Source of the DNA: Eledone cirrhosa
Lineage: Eukaryota
DNA length: 64,000 bases
Reading direction: 5' to 3'
NCBI GenBank assembly: GCA_964016885.1
Contig: OZ024764.1
Location: 22,568,001-22,632,000 of the forward strand
Part shown: positions 26,501 through 37,986 of the stretch, piece by piece
How the letters are laid out: every line of letters starts with the position of its first letter
Numbering within the stretch: position 1 is the first letter of the stretch
Position numbers and translations under genes: made by a program
The notes under the pieces: model-generated
Seen by the model: the letters and a program-made list of their open reading frames with translations, nothing else
The model's database searches: none
What the model was told of the DNA's origin: nothing

Positions 26501-26918
26501 CTTGGAACCATCTTGGTTGTCCAGAAGTGACGGCAAAAGACCTGACGGCCTTACCCTGTGCCCCTGGTCGAGAGGCAGGTGCTTAATCTGGGACGTCACT
26601 GTTAGTGACTCCTTTGCTCTTTCCCACATCCTTGATGCTGCGGTAAGGACGAGAGCCACAGCTTTTAAAAGGAATTAAAAGGAATTTATCTTTCATTGTA
26701 TCATCCTTTATAGTGTTACCGAGGCATTTGTAATGTTATTTATATATTTAAAACATATTTGTTATGTTATTCTACTGTAAATTTATTTATATGCTCTGTT
26801 TATATTTTCATTCTGAAGTAACTTATCCACTTGTGTTGATATAAGTGATTCTATGACTTTCCTCTAAGCATTGTGTCATTATATATGTTATTATAAACGT
26901 GAATAAATTGAATTTATA
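23527..26918 (+). mobile_element. CRE-clade non-LTR retrotransposon (RT + restriction-like endonuclease), decayed; 5' boundary uncertain
   Basis: GDLRRIAVG, KLDLRNAFNSV, GVQQGDPL, W*LDD, Cys/His knuckle (CG..HGLSC..RH), DGKRPDGLTL..WDVT; the RLE tail is deleted at ~26660. Confidence 0.88.
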
Positions 26919-27819
26919 GTGTGATAATAACCCTAGGGGTTAACTACACACTTTGAGGCAAGCCAACACACTGGCAGCATTACAACGGGTGATGGTGAGG
27001 CTAAGGTGCTTAAATAACCCGGTACACTCACGGGTATCACCTGACGCCTCTATAAGGTGAGGCTAAGGTGCTGAGATAACCAGGTACTCTTACGGATATC
27101 ACCTGACACCTCAGTAAGGTGAGGCTACGGTGCTGAAATAACCAGGTACCCTCACGGAAACGACTAGATTTGTAGAAAAAGTAGGGTGAAAGTATACAAA
27201 GAGATGTAGTTTCACAGATCTACACACACCTCACGTTGGGTGAGAATAATTATTTTTCTTAGAATTCTTGCTATACCCCTTTTCCAGTATTTTTTCTCTG
27301 GACCCCTTAGATACTTGCGATAGACGTTTTATTTCCCAGTATTAGGATCAGGGTTTCCGTTTTCAGGAAGAAAAGTCGATTGCAAACATCTAAGAGTTCG
27401 AGCAATAAAATTAAGGAAAGATAATTATTTCCCAGCCAACTGGAGAAGTGTGTAGCTCTTCTAAACTCCGATAATCCTGTCTCCCACTTCTTTATCTACA
27501 AATCTAGTTGTTTCCTGCTACTTTGTTCCCTGGGGTATGCCTTAGTATTTGACACTATCTGTCTCTCTTACTGCCTAATTAGCAAGAAGTAAATCTGTCT
27601 CATGTGTTCACCTGATTGGTAGGTTATTAGGTGGTTGGTAGGTTTCTTGAAGTGTTGCAAATGGTTAGTTCACTTGCATCACAAAATACAAGAAGCCTCA
27701 CTCCTCCTTCATTTCTTGAGCCATAACCATGACCACCATGTACCCCAGTGTATCCATCCTGGAGCTGTCCAACATGACCATGGTAGTCCCCTGCTATTAT
27801 AACTAGGTCTCTGTCATTG

Positions 27820-28150
27820 TGGTTATCTCTACTTATTCCTTTTCTACATATGGAGCAGGGCCACTTTCCTGAATGGGTCAGGGTCTTCTCTCCTATCCAT
27901 TACCACTTTAGTTTTGGCTAAGTATATTCTTAGAACTTACCATTTCAAATTCTATATCTATAGCTGGTCATCTACATAGAGAAGTTTCCATAGACAGCCA
28001 GTCTTAAACCTCTCTGTTATGGCTTGGAGAACTATGATGAACAATAGTGGGCTAAGAACTAAACCATGATGAACTACCTGTACCTTCAATTCCTCACTAA
28101 ACATACTTTACTGACAGCTTCTCACAAGGCATTCTTCTACACCTAATTTC
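27820..28150 (-). mobile_element. Old RTE reverse-transcriptase fragment; copy ~47380-47710
   Basis: Minus strand LSPLLFIIVLQAITERFKTGCLWKLLYVDD..LAKTKV..SGKWPCSICRKG matches the 14006-15664 ORF. Confidence 0.8.
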
Positions 28151-28227
28151 CTTAACCCTTTAGTATATAAACTGGCCATATCTGGCCAGAATTCTCCCAC
28201 ATCTTTCTGTTCAAACTGGCCGTAATT

Positions 28228-30138
28228 AAATAATAATAATAATAATGAAATTATTGTGTACAGTGCTCAGGTGCACTACAACTCATCAAAGGTGCATGTA
28301 TAGTACATAGAATAATGTACAAATGTCAGGAAAATGAACAGTGTATGAGTCATGATATAATAACAATAATGAAATATTGTGTACAGTGCCCAGGTGCACC
28401 ACAACTCATCAAAAAAGTGCATGTACAGTACATAGGGCAATGCACAAACATCAGTAAAATGAACAGTGCACGAGTCATGATACACACATGTGTGCATGTG
28501 TATGGAAGGGGTACATCAGGTGTAGTTTTGGCATATTTCGGGAAGCATGAGTGTCTTAAAGGATGCAGTGTCTCGGCAGATAACAACTGACGCAGGCAGT
28601 TTGTTCCCTACTTCTGCAACTCTGAGCGTGAAAAAATGTCTACGAAAGTCATGGGAGCTGTGCTGTTTTCTGATCTTGTAGGCATGTCCACGTGTGTTAG
28701 ACACATGGAGATCAAAGAGGCGCTCAGGGTTGCAATTGGCGAGATGGTTAAAAACTTTTTGGGCATTCACCAAGTCCATTGCCAGACGTCGGAGCTTCAA
28801 TGAATTCATGCCCAGGGAAGCAAGGCGTTCAGAGTATGGTAGGTGTCTGATGGAGGGTATGCGCTTGGTTGCACGTCTCTGAACAGTTTCCAGGAGGTCA
28901 ATATTCTGAGCAAGATAGGGGTTCCAGACTGATGATGTGAATTCCAAGTGTGGTCGTACCATAGCTGTATACAGTTTTAAATAGATGGCTGGAGAGCGGC
29001 TAACAAAGGTCTTGCTGAGTGATGCCAAGACACCCTCGGCCTTCTTGACAATCTTAGAGACATGCTTTGTCCAACGCAAATCGTTGCTGACAGTAATGCC
29101 CAGGTCACGTTCACAAGAGGACTTTTTGATATCAGTGTTGTGGAGGGAGTATGTGGACGCTGGATTTTTCCTTCCAAAATGCATGGTGGTACACTTGTCC
29201 ACAGCCAGCTTCAGTTGCCAGTCTGTGATCCATTGCTGCATTGTGTCCAGGTCTGATTGTAGGAAAGAGTTGTAAATTTCAGGATCAGTCCTTTTGATTT
29301 CAAGGTACAGCTTGATGTCATCTGCATATTTCAGTACCGTGGCATTCTGTAAGTTGGCATCTATGTCATTAATATATGCCACAAACAAAAGAGGACCAAG
29401 AACAGATCCCTGTGGTACACCAGATGACATCTCATATGGTGAAGAATGCTGACCTAGAACCGTGACTACTTCTTTTCGGCTGAGAATGAAGGATTTCAAC
29501 CAGTCGAAAAGATCATCCCTCACACCCATTGCAGAGAGTTTTGCCATAAGTCTTTTGTGTGGCACAGAATTAAAAGCCTTAGCAAAGTCAAGGTAAACAA
29601 CATCCACCCATGAGCTGCTGTCAGTGATCCGGGTGATGTCCTCAAGGAACTCAATAAGCTGATCACAGCAGCTGGAGTTAGGGATAAATCCAAACTGTTA
29701 GGGATGAGGCTGTGAGAGCTCCAGAAGTTCCAAAGTGTTTCTCTGACACAGGATTCCATCAGTTTGGCCATACAGCTAGTAAGACTGACTGGACGATAGT
29801 TGACAGGTGACATGCGGTTGCTCTTTTTGAACAGGGGAATAACACTGGCAGTTTTCCACTGCTCCGGAGTAGCACCATTGTTGAGACAGTATTGAAAGGA
29901 GAAAGAAAGCTGGCGCAAAAGGAAATACCCGCCACGTTTGAGAAGCAGGTATGTCACACCATCGAGACCAGGGGAGGCATAGTTGCGCTTATTCTTAAGG
30001 TGACGTCGCAACATTGCAGGTGTAAATTCCATAGTTGTTATGGAATTTGATGTTAGAGATGGTGGAGATGGTACATTCTGGTTTTCAACAGTAAAAATAC
30101 TTGCATAGCACTCAGCAATGAGTTCTGCGCATTACTTG
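28228..30138 (-). mobile_element. 5'-truncated CR1-clade LINE (RT + C-terminus)
   Basis: YLDFAKAFNSVPH, GVPQGSVLGPLLF, YADD, ERDLGITV, VRPHLEF, TRGH; (ATT)n 3' tail at the left end; ~125-bp duplication in the 3' UTR; empty site at ~47785. Confidence 0.93.
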
Positions 30139-30279
30139 ATTGGTCACTTGTACTTATGTTAAGGTATTGTTCTCAATATAAATAACATGAAAATCTCATA
30201 GATTTGATATTATGAGAGATAAAGCATTTACTGTGAAAATATAATAGTAAATATAAAGTAATGTGAATACGAAAGGGTT

Positions 30280-31708
30280 AATCTAATGTCACTAATAACT
30301 ACTTTTATCTGTCAGTATAATCTAATGTCACTAATAACTACTTTTATCTGTCAGTATAATCTAATGTCACTAATAACTACTTTTATCAGTCAGTATAATC
30401 TAATGTCACTAATAACTACTTTTATCAGTCAGTATAATCTAATGTCACTAATAACTATTTTTATCAGTCAGTATAATCTAATGTCACTAATAACTACTTT
30501 TATCAGTCAGTATAATCTAATGTCACTAATAAATACTTTTATCAGTCAGTATAATCTAATGTCACTAATAACTACTTTTATCAGTCAGTATAATCTAATC
30601 TCACTAATAACTACTTTTATCAGTCAGTATAATCTAATGTCACTAATAACTACTTTTATCAGTCAGCATAATCTAATGTCACTAATAACTACTTTTATCT
30701 GTCAGTATAATCTAATGTCACTAATAAATACTTTTATCTGTCAGTATAATCTAATGTCACTAATAACTACTTTTATCAGTCAGTTTAATCTAATGTCACT
30801 AATAACTACTTTTATCAGTCAGTTTAATCTAATGTCACTAATAACTATTTTTATCAGTCAGTATAATCTAATCTCACTAATAACTACTTTTATCTGTCAG
30901 TATAATCTAATGTCACTAATAACTACTTTTATCAGTCAGTATAATCTAATGTCACTAATAACTACTTTTATCAGTCAGTATAATCTAATGTCACTAATAA
31001 CTACTTTTATCAGTCAGTATAATCTAATGTCACTAATAAATACTTTTATCAGTCAGCATAATCTAATGTCACTAATAACTACTTTTATCTGTCAGTATAA
31101 TCTAATGTCACTAATAACTACTTTTATCTGTCAGTATAATCTAATGTCACTAATAACTACTTTTATCAGTCAGTTTAATCTAATGTCACTAATAACTACT
31201 TTTATCAGTCAGTATAATCTAATGTCACTAATAACTACTTTTATCAGTCAGTATAATCTAATGTCACTAATAACTACTTTTATCAGTCAGTATAATCTAA
31301 TGTCACTAATAACTACTTTTATCAGTCAGTATAATCTAATGTCACTAATAACTACTTTTATCAGTCAGTATAATCTAATGTCACTAATAACTACTTTTAT
31401 CTGTCAGTATAATCTAATGTCACTAATAACTACTTTTATCAGTCAGTTTAATCTAATGTCACTAATAACTACTTTTATCAGTCAGTATAATCTAATGTCA
31501 CTAATAACTACTTTTATCAGTCAGTATAATCTAATGTCACTAATAACTACTTTTATCAGTCAGTTTAATCTAATCTCACTAATAACTACTTTTATTAGTC
31601 AGTTTAATATAATGTCACTAATAACTACTTTTATCAGTCAGTTTAATCTAATCTCACTAATAACTACTTTTATCAGTCAGTTTAATCTAATGTCACTAAT
31701 AACTAACC
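30280..31708. repeat. 39-bp minisatellite, ~36 copies (~3.5 copies at 47927-48064)
   Basis: Unit TATAATCTAATGTCACTAATAACTACTTTTATCAGTCAG. Confidence 0.97.
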
Positions 31709-32666
31709 TATGTTAGTCAGCACATTCTTCACCAAAGAAGGCCTTAGTATTTATTACAGCCCATTTATCAATATAGAAATTTTATATGAAATTTGTACTG
31801 ATGTATTACAAGTTTCTGAGTATCTTATAATGTTCTTTTATTATTTCAGAATACCAGAGGACATTGGCATTAAAGAGCACGTTACATCAGACATATCCTC
31901 AACATTAACCATTTCTAATGAAAGACACTACCCATCATTTTCAAATAATTTTGAAAACACTCAACACTTTGAAGAGATTTAATAATATAACTAAATTTCT
32001 CAGTATTAAGCTGCTATTTGGAACATAACTTTGCACAATCTCATGAAGTTACAATGGAAAGTTTTTAGATAAATATAAAGACTGGTATGAAAAGGATAAA
32101 ACACTTTTATATCAGTTGTTTCATCAACACCATTATTTAAAGACTAAAGGAAGCTGTTATACAGAACAGATACAACCTTGTTTATATAAATTTAGGGGAG
32201 AAATACTCTGAAATATTTCTTGTAAACTCAATAACCCTTCTATTCTTTGCTGTCTGGAATATGTAGAAGATACAAAATAAAGCTGAAGAAATTTACACAT
32301 GATTTTGTAAGATCTTCATATATTGACAAAGATGATAGTTGATGGAACTACAGGAGTAGAAATATTTCCATTATTACAGGAATAACTAATCAAATGAAAA
32401 CTAGAAAAATTAGATTCTTCACTGTCTGGAATATGTACAAGATGATTTTATATGTATATTAAACTTGAAAAAATCAACAAAACAGTTTGTATCATCTTTA
32501 AATATAAAGAAAGACCAAGTTGATGGAAATATATCTGGAAGAATATGTTTTAGGAATAATATTATAAGCATAAAGAAGAAAAATATCCATATATTGCGAG
32601 GAGAAAAATATTAAAACTGTGAATTATGTGAGAAACTGAGGTGATTGATATCTTTTAGTAGGAGTT

Positions 32667-34625
32667 ATGTCGAAAAATATAGTAAAATCACCATTTCACT
32701 GTGATATCTGTGGTAAATCATTCTCTCGTAGTAATCCCTTAGCTACCCACAAACGTACTCATACAGGAGAGAAGCCATATCACTGTGATATCTGTGGTAA
32801 ATCATTCTCTCGTAGTAATCCCTTAGCTACCCACAAACGTACTCATACAGGAGAGAAGCCATATCCCTGTGACATCTGTGCTAAATCATTCAGTCACCGT
32901 AGTAACTTAACTACTCACAAACGTATTCATACAGGAGAGAAGCCTTATAAGTGTGATATCTGTAACAAATCATTCAGTCACAGTAGTAGCGTCAGAGTTC
33001 ACAAACAAATTCATACAGGAGAGAAGACACATCACTGTGACATCTGTAGTAAATCATTCTCTTGCAGATATAGACTAACTACTCACAAACATATTCATAC
33101 AGGAGAGAAACCATATCACTGTGACATCTGTGGTAATTCATTCTCTCAGAGTAATAACCTAACTACTCACAAACATATTCATACAGGAGAGAAACCATAT
33201 CACTGTGACATCTGTGGTAAATCATTCTCTCATAGTCATCACCTAACTACTCACAAACATATTCATACAGGAGAGAAACCATATCACTGTGACATCTGTG
33301 GTAAATCATTCTCTCAGAGTCATCACCTAACTACTCACAAACGTATTCATACAGGAGAGAAACCATATCATTGTGACATCTGTGGTAAATCATTCTCTCA
33401 GAGTATTCACCTAACTACTCACAAACATATTCATACAGGAGAGAAACCATATCACTGTGACATCTGTGGTAAATCATTCTCTCAGAGTCATCACCTAACT
33501 ACTCACAAACGTATTCATACAGGAGAGAAACCATATCATTGTGACATCTGTGGTAAATCATTCTCTCATAGTCATTACCTAACTACTCACAAACGTATTC
33601 ATACAGGAGAGAAGCCTTATAAGTGTGATATCTGTAACAAATCATTCAGTCACAGTAGTAGCGTCAGAGTTCACAAACAAATTCATACAGGAGAGAAGCC
33701 ATATCACTGTGACATCTGCGGTAAATCATTCTCTGACAGAAGTAGCTTTGTTAAACACCATCGTATTCATACAGGAGAGAAACCATATCACTGTGACATC
33801 TGTAGTAAATCATTCTCTGACAGAAGTAGCTTTGTTAAACACCATGGTATTCATACAGGAGAGAAGCCATATCACTGTGATATCTGTGGTAAGACATTCT
33901 CTGAAAATAATAATCTAACTACTCACAAACGTATTCATACAGGAGAGAAGCCATATCAATGTGATATCTGTGATAAATCATTCTCTTATAGTAAAACCTT
34001 AACTCTCCACAAACGTACTCATACAGGAGAGAAGCCATATCACTGTGATATCTGTGATAAATCATTCTCTCAGCATAAAACCTTAACTATCCACAAACGT
34101 ACTCATACAGGAGAGAAGCCATATCACTGTGACATCTGTGGTAAATCATTCTCTCATAGTAATACCTTAGCTATCCACAAACGTACTCATACAGGAGAGA
34201 AGCCATATCATTGTGACATCTGTGGTAAATCATTCGCTGAGAGAACTAGCTTAGCTACCCACAAACGTACTCATACAGGAGAGAAGCCATATCACTGTGA
34301 TATCTGTGATAAATCATTCTCTCAGCATAAAACCTTAACTATCCACAAACGTACTCATACAGGAGAGAAGCCATATCACTGTGACATCTGTGGTAAATCA
34401 TTCTGTCATAGTAATACCTTAGCTACCCACAAACGTACTCATACAGGAGAGAAGCCATATCACTGTGATATCTGTGGTAAATCATTCTCTCAGAGTAATA
34501 CCTTAGCTACCCACAAACGTACTCATACAGGAGAGAAGCCATATCCCTGTGACATCTGTGGTAAATCATTCTCTCATAGTAATACCTTAACTACCCACAA
34601 ACGTACTCATACAGGAGTACTCTGA
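32667..34625 (+). CDS. C2H2 zinc-finger protein, 652 aa, 23 fingers, no effector domain (gene 3)
   Basis: Intact ORF with the same N-terminal nonapeptide as the paralogs; acceptor ending at 31849; AATAAA at 34941. Confidence 0.92.
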   Translation: MSKNIVKSPFHCDICGKSFSRSNPLATHKRTHTGEKPYHCDICGKSFSRSNPLATHKRTHTGEKPYPCDICAKSFSHRSNLTTHKRIHTGEKPYKCDICNKSFSHSSSVRVHKQIHTGEKTHHCDICSKSFSCRYRLTTHKHIHTGEKPYHCDICGNSFSQSNNLTTHKHIHTGEKPYHCDICGKSFSHSHHLTTHKHIHTGEKPYHCDICGKSFSQSHHLTTHKRIHTGEKPYHCDICGKSFSQSIHLTTHKHIHTGEKPYHCDICGKSFSQSHHLTTHKRIHTGEKPYHCDICGKSFSHSHYLTTHKRIHTGEKPYKCDICNKSFSHSSSVRVHKQIHTGEKPYHCDICGKSFSDRSSFVKHHRIHTGEKPYHCDICSKSFSDRSSFVKHHGIHTGEKPYHCDICGKTFSENNNLTTHKRIHTGEKPYQCDICDKSFSYSKTLTLHKRTHTGEKPYHCDICDKSFSQHKTLTIHKRTHTGEKPYHCDICGKSFSHSNTLAIHKRTHTGEKPYHCDICGKSFAERTSLATHKRTHTGEKPYHCDICDKSFSQHKTLTIHKRTHTGEKPYHCDICGKSFCHSNTLATHKRTHTGEKPYHCDICGKSFSQSNTLATHKRTHTGEKPYPCDICGKSFSHSNTLTTHKRTHTGVL

Positions 34626-37600
34626 CAGTAGTACCTTAACCAAGCATGTGTGTATTCTTACAGAAGTTTAGCTGTATCAATATCAAACTCATTACATCAA
34701 ACTACAACAACAACAACAATTGTGTAGATCCATCATCCTTGCTAAAACTGGGGATAACCTTGTAGGTTTTACCTATGACAGAGATCATAAACACCAGGTT
34801 TCCATTTTTGAAGTAGTGTTTGAAGATTTTGTGTAAATTAAAGTTTTTCACATTAAACTTTGATTTATTATACTTTAACAGGTAAGATATATATTTGTAT
34901 TTTCAGTAAAGGTTTGGGCATTATGTAATTTAAACCTGCCAATAAAATGAAAATTGTTGTTGCTAGTCAGACATTGATATTAATTCTATTGTCCTGTACA
35001 TTGTCTCAAATATCACAGATTAAACAGATTTTAACAATAACAACAGAAATCAATAACTTGTAAGCCTAATATCTAGCTTCCATTTTAACTATTTGATATT
35101 GTTGTTCCCCTCCTGTCTCTTCAGGTGTTTTAGATTTCAACTTCTATCTACTGTACTATTCCATCACCAAGGCAACATTCATCTGGCTGGCAGCTTACAT
35201 CAACTACAGATCTCATCAGTGGTTCACAACAGGCTGTCTGAAAGAAACTTCCAGATATCTTCTATGTCATAGCTATCAATCTCCTCCTCCTTATCATATG
35301 TATCATGTAGAACATCTCTGAATTTATATGTAACAGGGAGATCTTTTACTGTCCCTACCCTTTTCTCTATGTTGTCTTGTACCTCTCTCACAGTCCCTCT
35401 AGATCTTATATTTAACAGGGAGATCTTTTACTGTCCCTACCCTTTTCTTTAGGTTGTCTTGTACCTCTCTCACAGTCCCTGTAGATCTTATATTTAACAG
35501 GGAGATCTTTTACTCTCCAACCCTTCTATCTCCAGATAGTCTTGTATCTGTCAGTCCCTCTAGATCTTACACCTAGTATCTAGTCTATGTTGAGTGGTAC
35601 GTCCTTCTCCAGTAAAGGAGTTAATATTCCCAAACATCTGTCTATCCTGTTTTCTGATGAGAATGAAGTCAATCTAGTTTATCTCTTCACCTGATTGAAG
35701 TAACTAGATGTTTTCCTGTAAGTTAGTGTTGCAGTGTTTGTGTCTCCATGTAAGGTTTATATCTATTAATATAGAGATGTAGTAAAGTTTTCACTGTTGT
35801 ATCTCTATTTTCTAAATATCTTAATAATGTTTCTCTACTATTTCAGAATATCACATGACCTTGACAGAAAAGAGTCTCTTAAAGACAACAGAAAGATGTT
35901 ATATTCAAGTGATATAAACTTGTTTAGTCTGTGGTGAATTATGGTGAAATATTTCTTCTGAATTGAGATAAATAACAACATATTCCTTTTTCACTGTCTT
36001 GAATATTTACAAGATGATTTTACATTCTGATTAAACTTTGGATATTTACAAAGGAGTTTTCAAAATATTTGGATATTGACAAAGATCACATTTGATAAAA
36101 TTATGAACAATAGAAATATTTACATCAACATAGGAATATTTTCCAGAAGAGACGGGAAAATCATTATACCACTGTAATATTTGTGGTAAAGTATTCTCTC
36201 TTCTTTATATGTAGAACATCTAACTAAACACTTTAACTAACAAACTATTGTGCTATAGAATTGACAAACTTGAACAATGTTTAATAAATGTTACAGATTT
36301 CTCCAAACTGTCGTTTACTAACTTTAATTTGAAGCTATATTATCTATATACTACTAAAACTCTGTAATTGTGTCTTGTCTGTAATTTAATACAGCTAAAA
36401 CAGTGCATAATGGGGAAATACTTTGAAAAGAATAAAACAAATTTTGTATAAATTGGAGCACAGATTCCCAAGATACGGGGTTTTCTGGGTACCTTCATAA
36501 ATATAGGGAGAGAAAGAGATAGTTGTTGTGAGAGTGTGGATTGAAAAGGAGAGATAGGAGATGGATGGAAAGGGGAAGAGAGAGAGAGAGAGAGCTGTTG
36601 GTGATGTTTAATAAAATGTGTGTGTATATATATATATATATGTGTCTATATATATATATGTCTATATTTTAACTAGTTGAAAATTATTTTTAAGTGAACA
36701 TGATTTTAGAAAAAATAGTTTTAAGGGAACGTGACCCAACAGGTCCCGGGTGGTCTAGTTTGTTACTAAATACTAGATATTAGAGGGTCATGTTGTTCTA
36801 GATGTTCTGGAAGAGCCATTCCATCTCGTGAGGCTCACACCAGCAGCTAGCCACCTCAGCACCTATGGTGATATATTTATTATATTATTTATTCTTTATC
36901 ATTAACATTAATATAAAAGATAATTATATATTTTTAGAGAAGAACCTTTTTGTTGTGACACCTACACGACCACTTTAAAGTTTTGGCTGGGTTCTTTTTG
37001 TTGTCACCTACATGACCACTTTACAGTGTGGGCTGGGTACTTTTTGTCATATCACCTACATGACCACCTTATAATGTTGACTGTGTGTTCTCTACAGTGT
37101 GGGTTGGGTGCTTTTTCTCATATCTCCTACCCAACCACTTTGCGGTGTGGGCAGTGAAATATCAGTAATGCACCAGCTCCAATATTCAGTAATCAGAAGA
37201 AGGGAGGTAGGCATAAAAGCCAAACTTGCTGTCTTCAATTATGTTTTTGTGCCAACCCTTACCTATGGTCACATATCTTGGGTAATGACCAAAAGAATAT
37301 GATTGGGAATACAAATGTCAGATATGGGATTCCTCTGAAGGGTCTTTGAAGGAACGTTTCTCAATAAAGTGCATAGCTCTGAGATCAGAGAGTCACTCCA
37401 GGTGGAGCTGTTACTTCTCCTAATTGAGAGATCACAGCTGCAATACTATGGCCATGTGGTTAGAATGTCTGAGGAAAGAATCACTGGATAGATTTTACAG
37501 GCTAAACTAACCGGCAGAAGACCCAGGGGTAGACCTGAGCAAGATGGTCACATAACATCCATGAGCTTGGCTGGTCTCTCTGGGAGATCCAGCCAGATCA

Positions 37601-37986
37601 GTTGGAGTGGGTTGCTTCTGACAGGACCTGTTGAAGGGAGTGTTTGAGGACTCTGCCACCAAGACCCTCTCTGGAATAAGTGGGTTAATAAGAAGAGGTT
37701 GAGGTTACATAATCAACATCAGATTTCCCTGCTAGCAAGGGTTTAATGAGTCTACTTCAACCAAGTAAGTACTGAAGTGAGGCTACTGATCTCTAGACAG
37801 ACCAAGGATCTGAGACTTATTTACATAAGGTCTCATTAGCTACTGAGTGCACAGAAAAGGTTGTCATGTCTTTGTCATGATTGAAGGGTTCTCCAACCCT
37901 ATTGTCGGGCAAGCTTTCTATAGCTAGATGTCCTTCACATGACCAACCACATTACAGCCTGTGTTGGGTGTGTTTATCATGTAGGT

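Noticed and set aside
30286-31716. 476-aa ORF of MSLITTFISQYNL repeats
   Set aside because: By-product of a 39-bp (13-codon) minisatellite with one stop-free frame; it is intronic and has only ~3.5 units in the paralog.
31710-31982. 90-aa ORF upstream of gene 3 (also 48070)
   Set aside because: It runs across the intron acceptor, is interrupted by a stop in the gene 2 paralog and shows no recognisable domain.
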